In this document: positions 43,438-53,673 of the stretch, piece by piece
Numbering within the stretch: the stretch's first letter is position 1
Layout: every line of letters begins with the position of its first letter
NCBI GenBank assembly: GCA_050506795.1
Contig: JBJHCF010000001.1
Location: 64,001-128,000 of the forward strand
Source of the DNA: Opitutia bacterium
Lineage (GTDB): Bacteria; Verrucomicrobiota; Verrucomicrobiia; Opitutales; T3Sed10-336
Direction: 5' to 3'
DNA: 64,000 nucleotides
The notes under the pieces: generated by a model
Seen by the model: the letters and a program-made list of their open reading frames with translations, nothing else
What the model was told of the DNA's origin: nothing
The model's database searches: none
Position numbers and translations under genes: made by a program

Positions 43438-44163
43438 ATGGGGGTGTTATGCAAAAAGAGCCAATTGGCGTTGTTGCGGGAGAAGTTGCGGCGGGAGTTT
43501 CCCGGGAGTTTGCCTGCGGGTGAAAGGGTCAAAGTTTTCCCCACCGGGGTGCCGGGGTTGGATGGCTTGCTGGAGGGCGGGTTGCCGCGGGGCGGGGTGA
43601 CGGAAGTCAGGGTGTGGGCCGCCAGCGCGGGCGGACAGACCTTATTGATGACGGTGCTCGATGCGGTGACCGCCCGGCCGGCGCCCGTCGCTATCATCGA
43701 CCGGGCGGATGCCTGGGATTTTTCTGTCCTGAGCCCGGATCGGCGGCAGTGGGTGCTTTGGGTGCGTTGCCGGGGGGAGGGAGAGGCGGTGCGCGCGACC
43801 GACCTGTTGGTGCGCGACGGCAATTTTCCGCTGGTGGTGATGGATCTGCGGCGTCCGCCGGGGGAGCGTCGCGGGCGAAGCCTGCCGTCGCGAATCTGGT
43901 ACCGTTTGCAACGGGGCGCGGAGCGTTCGGGGTGCGCGCTGGTGGCGGTCACCGGCGGGGAGTCTCTGCCCTGCGCCCGGCTTAAATTGAGTTTGCGCGT
44001 GTCCCTGAGCCTGGAGCACTTGGAGGCGCTGCACGAAAGACGGGTTTCCTGGGAAAGCGTGTTGGAAGTCTGTCAGGACGGGGAAATCTTCACCGGGCCG
44101 GATGGCCTTCCCGCGGCGCGGACGGAGCCACGCTCTCCAGGAGTTTTGTCCGTCTCGAATTAA
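43438..44163 (+). CDS. imuA: ImuA-like RecA-fold protein
   Basis: PTG...LD.LL.GGLPRG.VTE, degenerate P-loop, first gene of the imuB-dnaE2 cassette. Confidence 0.8.
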   Translation: MGVLCKKSQLALLREKLRREFPGSLPAGERVKVFPTGVPGLDGLLEGGLPRGGVTEVRVWAASAGGQTLLMTVLDAVTARPAPVAIIDRADAWDFSVLSPDRRQWVLWVRCRGEGEAVRATDLLVRDGNFPLVVMDLRRPPGERRGRSLPSRIWYRLQRGAERSGCALVAVTGGESLPCARLKLSLRVSLSLEHLEALHERRVSWESVLEVCQDGEIFTGPDGLPAARTEPRSPGVLSVSN

Positions 44164-44176
44164 ACAAGCACGACCT

Positions 44177-45634
44177 ATGAGTTACGCGGCGATCGGGATT
44201 CCAGGGTTTGCGCTGCAGGCGGCTTTGCGCTGCAGGGGTGGGGTTGGGGATCGGGTGGTGGTGTTGATGGACGAGACCTCACGCCGGGCGCGGGTTGTCG
44301 CGATGACCGCCTCGGCGGCGCGTCGCGGGATCAGGATGGGAATGACCGCTCCGCAAGTCTTGGCGCGCGAGCCCCGGGCCGAGATCGTTTCCCGTTCGCC
44401 GGAAGGAGAGGCGGCGGCCGCGACCCTTTTGCTTCGTCACGGTGGCTCGCTGGCGCCCCGCGCCGCCTGTGTCGAACCCGGGTTGTGCCTGGTGGACCTG
44501 GCAGGGGTTCCGCTGAAACGGCGGGAGCGGCAGCCCCGGGAAATCGTGACGGCGTTGCAACGCGAAGGGTTGAGCGCGCGTATCGGAATCGCTCGTACAT
44601 CCGGACTCGCCCGGCTCGCCTGGCGGCGGGCGGAGCCGGTGCTGGAGGTGACCGATGAAAAGGCGTTTGTCACTGATTTTCCCGTACACCTGGCCGGGCT
44701 GTCTCCGGCGGGAGAGAGGCTGATGAGGCATTGGGGGATGCGCACCCTGGGCGCGTTCGCCGCGCTTTCGCGCCAGGCGGTGGCGGAACGGCTGGGCGCG
44801 GAGGGGGTGGCGTTGTGGGATGTGGTCAACGGACGCGACAGCGCGCCGTTGCAGCCGGCGAGAGAGGAGGAGGTGTTTGAGGAGCGGATCGAATTCGAAA
44901 CCGGGGTGGAAGCGCTCGATCCGGTTCGGCGTCAGGTGCAAATACTGGTGGAGCGTTTGATGGGGCGTTTGCGGTCCGGTCATCTGGCGGTAGACGAGTT
45001 GCTGCTGGAATTGGGGCAGGAATACGCCGCGCCGCTCGGACGGAGGTTTCGCCTGCCCGAGCCGGCCACCCGCGAGGATGTGGTCCTGCGCACTTTGGGG
45101 ATCTGGCTGGAGTCGCTCAAGAGCGAACGCCGGGTGACCGGCGTGTATTTGCGAATGTTTCCCGGCCGCATGCAGGCGAGGCAGGGCGAGCTCTTTGATG
45201 CCGGCATGGCCGACGCCCGTCGCCTGGCCGAAACGCTGGCCAACCTGACCGCCGTGGTCGGCGCCGACCGGGTGGGGTCACCCGGCCTGCTTCCCACCCA
45301 CCGGCCGGACGCTTTCCGGATGGAACGGTTTTTTCCTGCCGGGAAGCGTATTGATAATTCTATGACAGAGAATCCGGTTATGCCGCGGCCGCGCCGGTTT
45401 CGTCCTCCGCTTCCGGTTGCGGTGACACTGATCCGGGGACGCCCGCTGCGGCTGGCGGGAGCCTTTACCAATGACGAGATCGCCGGTTTGCAGGGACCCT
45501 GGTGTTTGTGCGGGGACTGGTGGCGCGAGGATCGCTGGTGGCGGGAGGAGTGGGATGTCAAACTGCGGGGCGGCGGGGTTTACCTGTTGGTTCGCAGCGC
45601 GCGCGGTTGGCGCCTGGAGGGGATGTATGATTAG
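44177..45634 (+). CDS. imuB: ImuB, inactive Y-family polymerase
   Basis: A...G.R.GM, G.RTLG.FA.L, clamp motif QGELF, GPW...G.WW, terminal W.LEG.YD. Confidence 0.85.
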   Translation: MSYAAIGIPGFALQAALRCRGGVGDRVVVLMDETSRRARVVAMTASAARRGIRMGMTAPQVLAREPRAEIVSRSPEGEAAAATLLLRHGGSLAPRAACVEPGLCLVDLAGVPLKRRERQPREIVTALQREGLSARIGIARTSGLARLAWRRAEPVLEVTDEKAFVTDFPVHLAGLSPAGERLMRHWGMRTLGAFAALSRQAVAERLGAEGVALWDVVNGRDSAPLQPAREEEVFEERIEFETGVEALDPVRRQVQILVERLMGRLRSGHLAVDELLLELGQEYAAPLGRRFRLPEPATREDVVLRTLGIWLESLKSERRVTGVYLRMFPGRMQARQGELFDAGMADARRLAETLANLTAVVGADRVGSPGLLPTHRPDAFRMERFFPAGKRIDNSMTENPVMPRPRRFRPPLPVAVTLIRGRPLRLAGAFTNDEIAGLQGPWCLCGDWWREDRWWREEWDVKLRGGGVYLLVRSARGWRLEGMYD

Positions 45635-45727
45635 GGTCCGGTACCCTGAAATGGTAGCCAGCGGAAGCAGGGCTCACACGGAGACACGAAGACACGGAGT
45701 GAAGGCATGCGCGAAGAGCAGGACTTA

Positions 45728-45758
45728 AATCCAAAATCCGCAATCCAAAATCCAAAAT
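45728..45758 (+). repeat. Heptamer array (AATCCAA) just upstream of dnaE2
   Basis: aatccaa aatccgc aatccaa aatccaa aat. Confidence 0.8.
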
Positions 45759-45765
45759 ATAATAT

Positions 45766-48700
45766 ATGTCGACTTACGTGGAGTTGCATCTGTCGAGCGC
45801 TTTCAGCTTTTTGCGAGGCGCGTCGGCGCCGGAGGAGTTGGCTCGGGTGACGGCCGATCGGGGCATGAGTGCGGCCGCGTTGTGCGACCGCAACGGGCTT
45901 TACGGGGCGGCGCGTTTTTACCAGGCGGCGCGGGAGCACGGGATACGTCCGCTGGTCGGGTGTGAACTCGACTGGGTGGGGGGGGGGGTGCTGCCGGTGC
46001 TGGTGGCGTCGCGCCGGGGTTACCGCAACCTGTGCCGTTTGCTGACCCGGGTGCATTTGCGGGGCGCCAAGGGGGAGTTCCGGGCCGGATTGGCGGATAT
46101 GGAGGGGCGCTCCGAGGGATTGATCGCCCTGACCGGCGGCCGGGACGGTCCCTTGCGGGAGGCCTGGGAGCGGGGCGGCCGGCGGGCGGTGGAGGGGACT
46201 CTGGATTGGCTTTTACGGATCTTCCCCGACGGTAATCTTTACGTGGAACTGCAGCGTCACCTGTTGCGGGAAGAGATGCGGTGGGAGGGTTTGTTGCGGG
46301 ACCTGGCCGCTACCCGGGGATTGTCCCTGGTGGCCACCAACGGGGTGCTTTATGCCAAAAGCGAAGGGCGGATGGTGACCGATGTGTTCACCTGCCTGCG
46401 TCACCACACCCATCTCGACCGGGCGGGAACTTTGCTGGAGCGCAATGCCGAGCGCCGCATCAAAAGCCCTGAGGAAATGGCGTTGCTGTTCGCGGATGTT
46501 CCGGAGGCGATCGCCAATTCCGTGGTCGTCGCGGAGCGGCTGGAGTTCACTCTGGACGACATCGGGTACCGTTTTCCCACTTACCCGGCGCCGTCCGGGG
46601 AAACCATGGATTCCTACCTGCGGAAACTCACGTTGGCCGGGGCCGGGGAACGTTACGGAAAGCCCGGGCCGGCGGTGCGGGCGCAGCTTGACCGGGAACT
46701 GGCGCTTATCGCGAAACTGGGATTCAGCGGCTATTTTCTCGTGGTGTGGGATCTGGTGGAGTTTTGCCGGCGCAACGACATCATGGTCCAGGGCCGGGGG
46801 AGCGCTGCCAACAGCGCGGTGTGTTACTGTCTGGGCATCACCGCGGTCGATCCGGTGGGCGGGCGCTTGCTTTTCGAGCGTTTTTTAAGCGAGGGAAGAA
46901 AAACCTGGCCGGATATCGATCTCGATCTTCCCAGCGGGGAGCGCCGGGAGGCGGTGATCCAGGAGGTTTACCGTCGCTACGCGCCCAACGGTGCCGCCAT
47001 GACCGCCAACGTTATCACCTACCGGGGACGCAGCGCGATACGGGAGATCGGCAAGGTCCTGAATTTTCCGGAGGAAACCCTGAACCGGTTTTCGAGCCTC
47101 TATGCCGGCGGAGATTATCCCCATACGCTCGATTTCGGAAAACAACTTTCCCAGGCCGGGATTTCGCCGCGTCATCCGAGGGCGGGGATTCTGCAACGGC
47201 TTTACGGCATGATTTACGGGTTGCCCCGTCACCTGGGGCAGCATCCCGGCGGCATGATCGTTTGCCAGGGGGAACTGGACGGCGTGATGCCGCTGGAAAA
47301 CGCGTCAATGCCCGGGCGGGTGGTGGCGCAGTGGGACAAGGACGATTGTGAGGATCTGGGAATCGTCAAGGTGGACCTGTTGGGGCTCGGAATGATGTCG
47401 GCCCTGCAGGATGCGCTGAAGACAGCCGAACGACGCGGCCGCCCGGTCGATCTCGCACGGATTCCGAAGGATGACCCCGCCACTTACGATTTGATGTGCC
47501 GGGCCGATACCGTCGGGGTGTTTCAGATCGAAAGCCGGGCGCAGATGGCGACCCTTCCGCGGATGCAACCTCGAACTTTCTACGACCTGGTGATCGAGGT
47601 GGCTATCATTCGTCCGGGTCCGATTCAGGGAAATCTGGTGCACCCTTATCTGGAACGCCGGGCGGGCCGGCAACCGGTGCGTTATTTCGATGAACGTCTG
47701 ATTCCCGTCCTCGAGCGCACTCTGGGGGTGCCGCTGTTCCAGGAGCAGGTGCTCAAAATAGCCATGGAAATGGCCGATTTCAGCGGGACCGAGGCGGAGG
47801 AGTTGCGGCGGGCGCTGAACTTTCACCGTTCGCCGGAACGTTTGGACAAAGCCACCGCCAAGCTGCGCGAAGCCATGCGGAGGAAGGGAGTTGACGATCG
47901 TACCATCGAGGAGATCGCGGAGGCGGTGGGTTCGTTCGCGCTGTACGGTTTTCCGGAATCCCACGCCATCAGTTTCGCTTTACTCGCCTACGCCAGCGCC
48001 TACCTGAAAGTGCATCGTCCGGCGGAGTTTTACATGGCCCTGCTGAACAATCAGCCCATGGGATTTTATTCTCCGGCGACACTGGTGCGGGACGCGAAAG
48101 CCCGCGGTATTCGGGTCCTGCCGGTGTGTGTGACTCTTTCCGGCTGGGATTGCTCGGTGGAGGACGATCACACGATTCGGCTGGGATTCGCCGTCATCCG
48201 TGACCTGCGCCGCGCGTCCGTCGAAAAGGTGTGCCGCGAACGCGCGCGGGCGCCGTTCCGTTCCATACGCGATCTGCTGGCGCGTACGGGTCTGAATCTG
48301 ACGGAAAGACGGGCGCTGGCCCTGGTGGGCGCGTTGAACGCGCTGGCCGGTCACCGGCGTAACGCGCTCTGGCTGGTGGACGAAGCGGTGGCGGGCATGG
48401 GGTTGTTTCTGGCCGCGGCGGATGAGACGGAAACCGAAGAAAGCGCCGCCGGGCCCCTGGCCATGATGTCTTACCTGGAGCGCCTGCACGCCGATTACGC
48501 GGGCATGGAATTGAGCACCGGCGCGCACCCGATGAAGTGCCTGCGATCAGGATTGCAGGGGATTCTGAGCGCCGCGGATTTGAAAGGGGAAAAAGCCGGA
48601 CGCCGGGTCACCCTGGCCGGCAGTGTGATCTGCCGTCAGAGACCGGCAACCGCCAGGGGAGTGGTGTTTATCAGTCTGGAGGACGAAACCGGCATCGGTA

Positions 48701-48882
48701 ACGCGGTGGTGTCGTCCGGCCTGTTCGAACGTTATCGCCTGCTGATTTCCCGGGAACCGTTTTTGGCCGTTACCGGTGTCCTGCAATCCATGGACGGCGT
48801 GGTATGTGTCCGTGCCGAACGGATACGCCGATTGGATGAGGCCGACGCCCTGCCATCCGAAGTCTCCCATGACTTTTTTTGA
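45766..48882 (+). CDS. dnaE2: Error-prone DNA polymerase DnaE2 (ImuC)
   Basis: YVELH..S.FSFL.GAS, GRGSAANS, PDIDLD, PRHLG.H.GG, YGFPESHA, LLN.QPMGFY, C-terminal SHDF. Confidence 0.95.
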   Translation: MSTYVELHLSSAFSFLRGASAPEELARVTADRGMSAAALCDRNGLYGAARFYQAAREHGIRPLVGCELDWVGGGVLPVLVASRRGYRNLCRLLTRVHLRGAKGEFRAGLADMEGRSEGLIALTGGRDGPLREAWERGGRRAVEGTLDWLLRIFPDGNLYVELQRHLLREEMRWEGLLRDLAATRGLSLVATNGVLYAKSEGRMVTDVFTCLRHHTHLDRAGTLLERNAERRIKSPEEMALLFADVPEAIANSVVVAERLEFTLDDIGYRFPTYPAPSGETMDSYLRKLTLAGAGERYGKPGPAVRAQLDRELALIAKLGFSGYFLVVWDLVEFCRRNDIMVQGRGSAANSAVCYCLGITAVDPVGGRLLFERFLSEGRKTWPDIDLDLPSGERREAVIQEVYRRYAPNGAAMTANVITYRGRSAIREIGKVLNFPEETLNRFSSLYAGGDYPHTLDFGKQLSQAGISPRHPRAGILQRLYGMIYGLPRHLGQHPGGMIVCQGELDGVMPLENASMPGRVVAQWDKDDCEDLGIVKVDLLGLGMMSALQDALKTAERRGRPVDLARIPKDDPATYDLMCRADTVGVFQIESRAQMATLPRMQPRTFYDLVIEVAIIRPGPIQGNLVHPYLERRAGRQPVRYFDERLIPVLERTLGVPLFQEQVLKIAMEMADFSGTEAEELRRALNFHRSPERLDKATAKLREAMRRKGVDDRTIEEIAEAVGSFALYGFPESHAISFALLAYASAYLKVHRPAEFYMALLNNQPMGFYSPATLVRDAKARGIRVLPVCVTLSGWDCSVEDDHTIRLGFAVIRDLRRASVEKVCRERARAPFRSIRDLLARTGLNLTERRALALVGALNALAGHRRNALWLVDEAVAGMGLFLAAADETETEESAAGPLAMMSYLERLHADYAGMELSTGAHPMKCLRSGLQGILSAADLKGEKAGRRVTLAGSVICRQRPATARGVVFISLEDETGIGNAVVSSGLFERYRLLISREPFLAVTGVLQSMDGVVCVRAERIRRLDEADALPSEVSHDFF

Positions 48883-49146
48883 TCCGCCGCCCTCGCATTG
48901 ACAACCGTATCCTCGGAGCGGTGTTTCCGGTTGTGTTGCCGGAAGTAATTAGCTAACATTCATCGTGCACCCACGCTGTCTAATAGATGGGTCGAATCGG
49001 GCGGAATCGATTTGGAATAGCCGGGATTCGATTGACAGGGATACGGGGCTGTCGTGTAGGATCACTTATATAGAGAGATTGCTTAATTGCTCTATACTTA
49101 TTGCGGTCTTTCTTGAGAACGATTAACCATTGATTGGACACAAGCT

Positions 49147-51384
49147 ATGAAATTGGGGTTTTACTGCATCTTAATGGGCATTGGCGGCCTGGTGGCCTGC
49201 CAGGCGGAATGGGCGCCGGCCGAAGGCCGGATAATGACGCCCTGGGCGGAAGAAGTGTCGCCCGACAACGCGCTGCCAGAATACCCGCGTCCGATGATGG
49301 TGCGTTCGGATTGGCTGAATCTGAACGGCCTGTGGGATTACGCGGTTGTCGCCCGCACGGCGGATCGACCGGCTGATTTTGATGGCAGGATTCTGGTTCC
49401 CTTTCCGATCGAGTCCGCGCTTTCCGGAGTCGGGGAACGGATCGATGCCGACGAACGCCTTTGGTATCATCGCACCTTCGAAGTTCCTTCGGAATGGAAC
49501 GGCCAACGTATTCTACTGCACTTTGGCGGGGTTGACTGGGAAACCGATGTCTGGGTGAACGGCCAGCATGTCGGCAATCACCGTGGCGGCCACACGCCCT
49601 TCAGCTTCGATGTCACCACCGCGGTGCGTGATGCCGGCGAGCAGGAGATCGTGGTGGCGGTTTGGGATCCCACCGACGCGGGGGATCAGCCGCTGGGGAA
49701 GCAGGTGCACAGTCCTTCGGGGATCTGGTACACCCCGGTGTCCGGAATCTGGCAGACGGTATGGCTTGAGCCGGTTCCCATGACGGGAATCAAGGACCTC
49801 AAGATAACCCCGGACCTGGACGCGGGCCGGGTAAACGTCGAAGTGGCAACTTTCCGTGAGCTCGCTGACCGGACGGTGAGGGTTACGGCATCCGGCGACG
49901 GATTTTCTTCCACCGTGGAGGCGAATGGGTCGTCTATGCAGGTGGACATTCCCGATGCGCGGTGGTGGTCTCCAGACGATCCGTTCCTCTACGATCTCAA
50001 AGTGGAACTGGTCCATGACGGCGGTGTGATCGACGAAGTGGAAAGTTACTTCGGCATGCGCAAGATCGAGATCGCCAAGGATGAACACGGTATCAACCGC
50101 CTGTTCCTCAACAACGAACCGCTCTTTCAGTACGGCTTGCTCGATCAGGGGTGGTGGCCCGACGGGCTTTACACCGCGCCGACCGACGAGGCTTTGCGTT
50201 ACGATGTTGAGATCACCCGGGATCTTGGTTTCAACATGTTGCGCAAGCACGTGAAGATCGAACCGCAGCGGTTGTATTACTGGACCGATAAACTCGGAGT
50301 GATCGTCTGGCAGGACATGCCGAGCGGTGATGGGCACATCGGCGGCAGCGATCCCGACTTGAATCGGAACGTTCATTCCGCGACCCAATTTGAGTTTGAG
50401 TACCGCCGGATGATCGAAAGCCTGTACAATCACCCGAGCATTGTCATGTGGGTGCCCTTCAACGAAGGTTGGGGCCAGTTTGACACCGAAAGGATTGTGG
50501 AGTGGACCTACGAACTCGATTCCACCCGTCTGGTGAACAACGCCAGTGGCTGGACCGACAGGGGAGTCGGTGACGTGCATGACATCCATGCCTATCCGGG
50601 ACCATCCATCCCGCCTCTGGAAGAAGAGCGGGCCGTGGTGCTGGGAGAATTCGGCGGACTGGGTCTGCCGGTAAGCGGGCACACCTGGCAGGACGAAGGC
50701 ATGTGGGGCTATCGGAGTTATGAATCCGCGGAGGAGCTTACGGAAGCCTATTCCGATCTCCTGGATCAGCTTTGGATACTCATCGGCGAGGGTCTGGCCG
50801 CGGCGGTGTACACCCAGACCACCGATGTGGAGGTGGAAGTGAACGGGTTGCTGACTTATGACCGGAGGGTAATCAAAATGGATCCGGACCGCACCCGCGC
50901 CATGCATGAGCGCTTGTACGAACCGCCTCCCCGCCGGTACACCATTGTACCCGATGCCCGCGAAGCCGATGTGACCTGGAGTTACACCTTTCAGCGGCCC
51001 GCTTCGGGTTGGTACGAGGAGGATTTCGACGATTCCGGCTGGCAATCCGGTATCGGCGGATTCGGTACGGAAATGACTCCGAACGCGATCATTGGAACCG
51101 TGTGGAGCGGAGACGCCATCTGGTTGCGCCGGACGTTCACGCTGGATTCGACCGATTTTGAAAATCTCATGCTCTCCATCTACTACGATGAGGACGCGGT
51201 GATTTACATCAACGGAGTGAGGGCGGCGAGCTTCCGCGGTTACGTCACCAACTACCGGGTGGCGGACATCAGTGACGAAGCCAAGGCGGCCTTGCGGACC
51301 GGCGAAAACGTCATCGCGATTCGTTGCATCAATGTGACCGGCGGCCAGTTTATCGATGCCGGGCTGGTTGAGATTCGGCATTAA
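49147..51384 (+). CDS. Glycoside hydrolase family 2 with C-terminal galactose-binding-like domain
   Basis: EYPRP, NLNG.W, VPFP.ES.LSG, LDQGWWPDG.YT.P, GFN..RKH.K, W.PFNE.WGQ, EFGG; signal peptide. Confidence 0.9.
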   Translation: MKLGFYCILMGIGGLVACQAEWAPAEGRIMTPWAEEVSPDNALPEYPRPMMVRSDWLNLNGLWDYAVVARTADRPADFDGRILVPFPIESALSGVGERIDADERLWYHRTFEVPSEWNGQRILLHFGGVDWETDVWVNGQHVGNHRGGHTPFSFDVTTAVRDAGEQEIVVAVWDPTDAGDQPLGKQVHSPSGIWYTPVSGIWQTVWLEPVPMTGIKDLKITPDLDAGRVNVEVATFRELADRTVRVTASGDGFSSTVEANGSSMQVDIPDARWWSPDDPFLYDLKVELVHDGGVIDEVESYFGMRKIEIAKDEHGINRLFLNNEPLFQYGLLDQGWWPDGLYTAPTDEALRYDVEITRDLGFNMLRKHVKIEPQRLYYWTDKLGVIVWQDMPSGDGHIGGSDPDLNRNVHSATQFEFEYRRMIESLYNHPSIVMWVPFNEGWGQFDTERIVEWTYELDSTRLVNNASGWTDRGVGDVHDIHAYPGPSIPPLEEERAVVLGEFGGLGLPVSGHTWQDEGMWGYRSYESAEELTEAYSDLLDQLWILIGEGLAAAVYTQTTDVEVEVNGLLTYDRRVIKMDPDRTRAMHERLYEPPPRRYTIVPDAREADVTWSYTFQRPASGWYEEDFDDSGWQSGIGGFGTEMTPNAIIGTVWSGDAIWLRRTFTLDSTDFENLMLSIYYDEDAVIYINGVRAASFRGYVTNYRVADISDEAKAALRTGENVIAIRCINVTGGQFIDAGLVEIRH

Positions 51385-51399
51385 TCCGAAAATTATGCG

Positions 51400-51440
51400 G
51401 CGGCCCGGGATGCGTATAATCGCACCGGGCCGCTTTTTTT
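51400..51440 (+). terminator. Intrinsic terminator between convergent GH2 and GH43 genes
   Basis: gcggcccgg...ccgggccgc stem followed by T7. Confidence 0.75.
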
Positions 51441-53502
51441 ATGGGCCGCTTTCCGCGCTCAAATTGACCGGTCCCACCCCGGTATCCGTCATGACAACCG
51501 GTTTGATCATGCCGTTTTCATCGTATTCCAGGCGGTCGATGGCGGTTACCCGACTACCCTCGAACGGCCCTTGTCCGGCGCGATTGTTCCAGCGGTGGTA
51601 AATGATGTACCACTCATCCTGAGCGGGATTGTACAGGATGGAGTGGTGTCCGGGCCCTTTGTGGGTGTCGTCGCTGGAGAGGATCACCCCTTGATAGGTC
51701 CATGGCCCGGTGGGGTTCCGGGCGGTGGAATGGTGGACCCGGTAGCTGGCGTCGCGCCAGTAGCCCTGACTGTAGGTGAAGTGGTAGATTCCCTCGCGAT
51801 AGTGCATGAACGATCCCTCGGTGAAATGGAGCGGTGTATCCACTTCGATCTCGCGGGCGAAACTGATCATGTCCGGATTAAGCTCAAACACCCGTAGAGT
51901 GGCGCCCGCGCTTCCGCCGGCGTACAGATAGGACGTGCCGGAATGGGGGTCGGTGAAAACCATGGCGTCGATGGCCTCGAACCCGGGTTCCCCGTCGTCG
52001 AAAAGCAGAGGTTCGCCGCTGTCGACAAACGGACCGGCAGGAGACTCGGCGACCGCGACTCCGATGTAGGAGGGTTTGGGTCCGGCCGAAAAGTAGAGGT
52101 AGTATCGCCCGTCCTTCTCGGCCAGACCGGGAGCCCAGGCGTGTTTACCCGTGGGAATCCATGGGATGTCGCCGTATTCCAGGACCGGGCCGTGAATGCG
52201 CCAACTGACGAGGTCCCGGGAGGAAAAGGCGAAAAAACGGCGTTCCCCGGACCGGTAGGTGGGGTAGATCCAGAGGGTGTCGTCAACCAGCAGGGCACCG
52301 GGATCCGCCCCCGGAAACGCGGGATTGCGCGGTGAATCCGACAGCACTCGGGCTCGCAGGAACCCGGGCATAGCGGCCGGTTCGGCTTCCAGGTCGCTGA
52401 TCAGACGAAGGAGGCTCGGAGAATTGTTCTCCGGATCCAATTCCCATTCAAACGGAATCCAGTCCCAATGTTTCAGGTCTCTGGAGCCTTGAAGGAAAAC
52501 CGTTTGAGGATCCCAGGCGTTGTTGGCCGGCAGAGTCAACTCCAGGGCCAGCCGGGCATCGCCGGTGCTTTCATCCGGACGATTGACCCAGGTAGCGGCG
52601 GGCTGAATCTCCCGGGCCTGAGCCGCATGTCGCCGGTTGGCCAGAAACCGGTCCGGCGTCAGCGCCTCATCCGTGATGCGCACCTCGTCGATCAAACCAA
52701 CGAACCATTCCGCGGGTTGTTCGTTGGCCGGCCGGCGACCGATCGTCCAGGAGCCTGCGCCGGGGAACGCGGCCCCCTCCAACGGCACCGTTCCCTGGGA
52801 AAGCCATTCCGATTCTCCGGCCCTTTTCAGCCAGAACTCCAGGCTATCGCCGGTGGCCACTGCGGCTACGTGGTACCAGTTGTCCGGGGTGATCGGCTGG
52901 AGGCTGGTCAGGGTCCGGCGGGTGCCGCTTTCATTGGTGGCGCCAAGCTCCAGATGGCCGTCCTGCCCTTTGATCCTCAGCATGAAGGGCTGCGAAGTGT
53001 TGTTGTCGGTTGCGGCTTTTGCCAGGATGGTTTGTCCCCGATCGGAAAAGTGAGCCTTAAAGGAGGCTTCCACGGTCCATTGGGCGAACTCATGTGAATT
53101 AACGGGCCGGTCGGCGGCGATAAGGTAGCGGCCCGGGGTGAAGTGCAATGCCAGGCGGTTGGCTTCGCCGGTTTCAGGGTTCCAGGGAAAGGGGGTGTCG
53201 CCGAGATAGGTCGGTCCGGGCGGGTTTCCCGGAATTCGCAGGTGATTTCCGTTTCCGGACACGTCCTGAACGGGGTCGACTCGTGACGGTGGAGGCACAT
53301 CCGCCCCCACAAGACCTTCTTCAAAGGTCCAGTGAGCCACGGTTTCGGCCGCGGCCGTGCTCAGGAAGGAAATCTCCGGCTTGGGACTGGTGAAAAGCAA
53401 AAATGCCCCGGTTGATACTAGGCAAAGATAAACGAAACGGCTTGGCCGAGGGAGAGTCACAGTGGTAGAAAAATAACTGTTGAAGGGTGTTTTGGTCAAC
53501 AC
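51439..53502 (-). CDS. LamG-like domain plus GH43 glycoside hydrolase (start uncertain)
   Basis: LamG motifs (W.HVAA, F.G.IDEVRI), then ADP, WAP, AID..VF.D, TEG, GPGH.SI. Confidence 0.85.
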   Translation of the reverse strand: MLTKTPFNSYFSTTVTLPRPSRFVYLCLVSTGAFLLFTSPKPEISFLSTAAAETVAHWTFEEGLVGADVPPPSRVDPVQDVSGNGNHLRIPGNPPGPTYLGDTPFPWNPETGEANRLALHFTPGRYLIAADRPVNSHEFAQWTVEASFKAHFSDRGQTILAKAATDNNTSQPFMLRIKGQDGHLELGATNESGTRRTLTSLQPITPDNWYHVAAVATGDSLEFWLKRAGESEWLSQGTVPLEGAAFPGAGSWTIGRRPANEQPAEWFVGLIDEVRITDEALTPDRFLANRRHAAQAREIQPAATWVNRPDESTGDARLALELTLPANNAWDPQTVFLQGSRDLKHWDWIPFEWELDPENNSPSLLRLISDLEAEPAAMPGFLRARVLSDSPRNPAFPGADPGALLVDDTLWIYPTYRSGERRFFAFSSRDLVSWRIHGPVLEYGDIPWIPTGKHAWAPGLAEKDGRYYLYFSAGPKPSYIGVAVAESPAGPFVDSGEPLLFDDGEPGFEAIDAMVFTDPHSGTSYLYAGGSAGATLRVFELNPDMISFAREIEVDTPLHFTEGSFMHYREGIYHFTYSQGYWRDASYRVHHSTARNPTGPWTYQGVILSSDDTHKGPGHHSILYNPAQDEWYIIYHRWNNRAGQGPFEGSRVTAIDRLEYDENGMIKPVVMTDTGVGPVNLSAESGP

Positions 53503-53673
53503 GCTGCGCGAAACTGTTGGCGGCGGTATTGTTCCTCATCCGCATTCTACAGGTCATTCTTCGGAATTGACCTCCGCTGCCGGTACGGTCAAGGTCCCCT
53601 TACTGTTTCCAAGGCTTCAGTCGGTTCCGAGTCAGGGTCCGGCCTTTACCGTAACTTCTAAACTCAGGAACTT

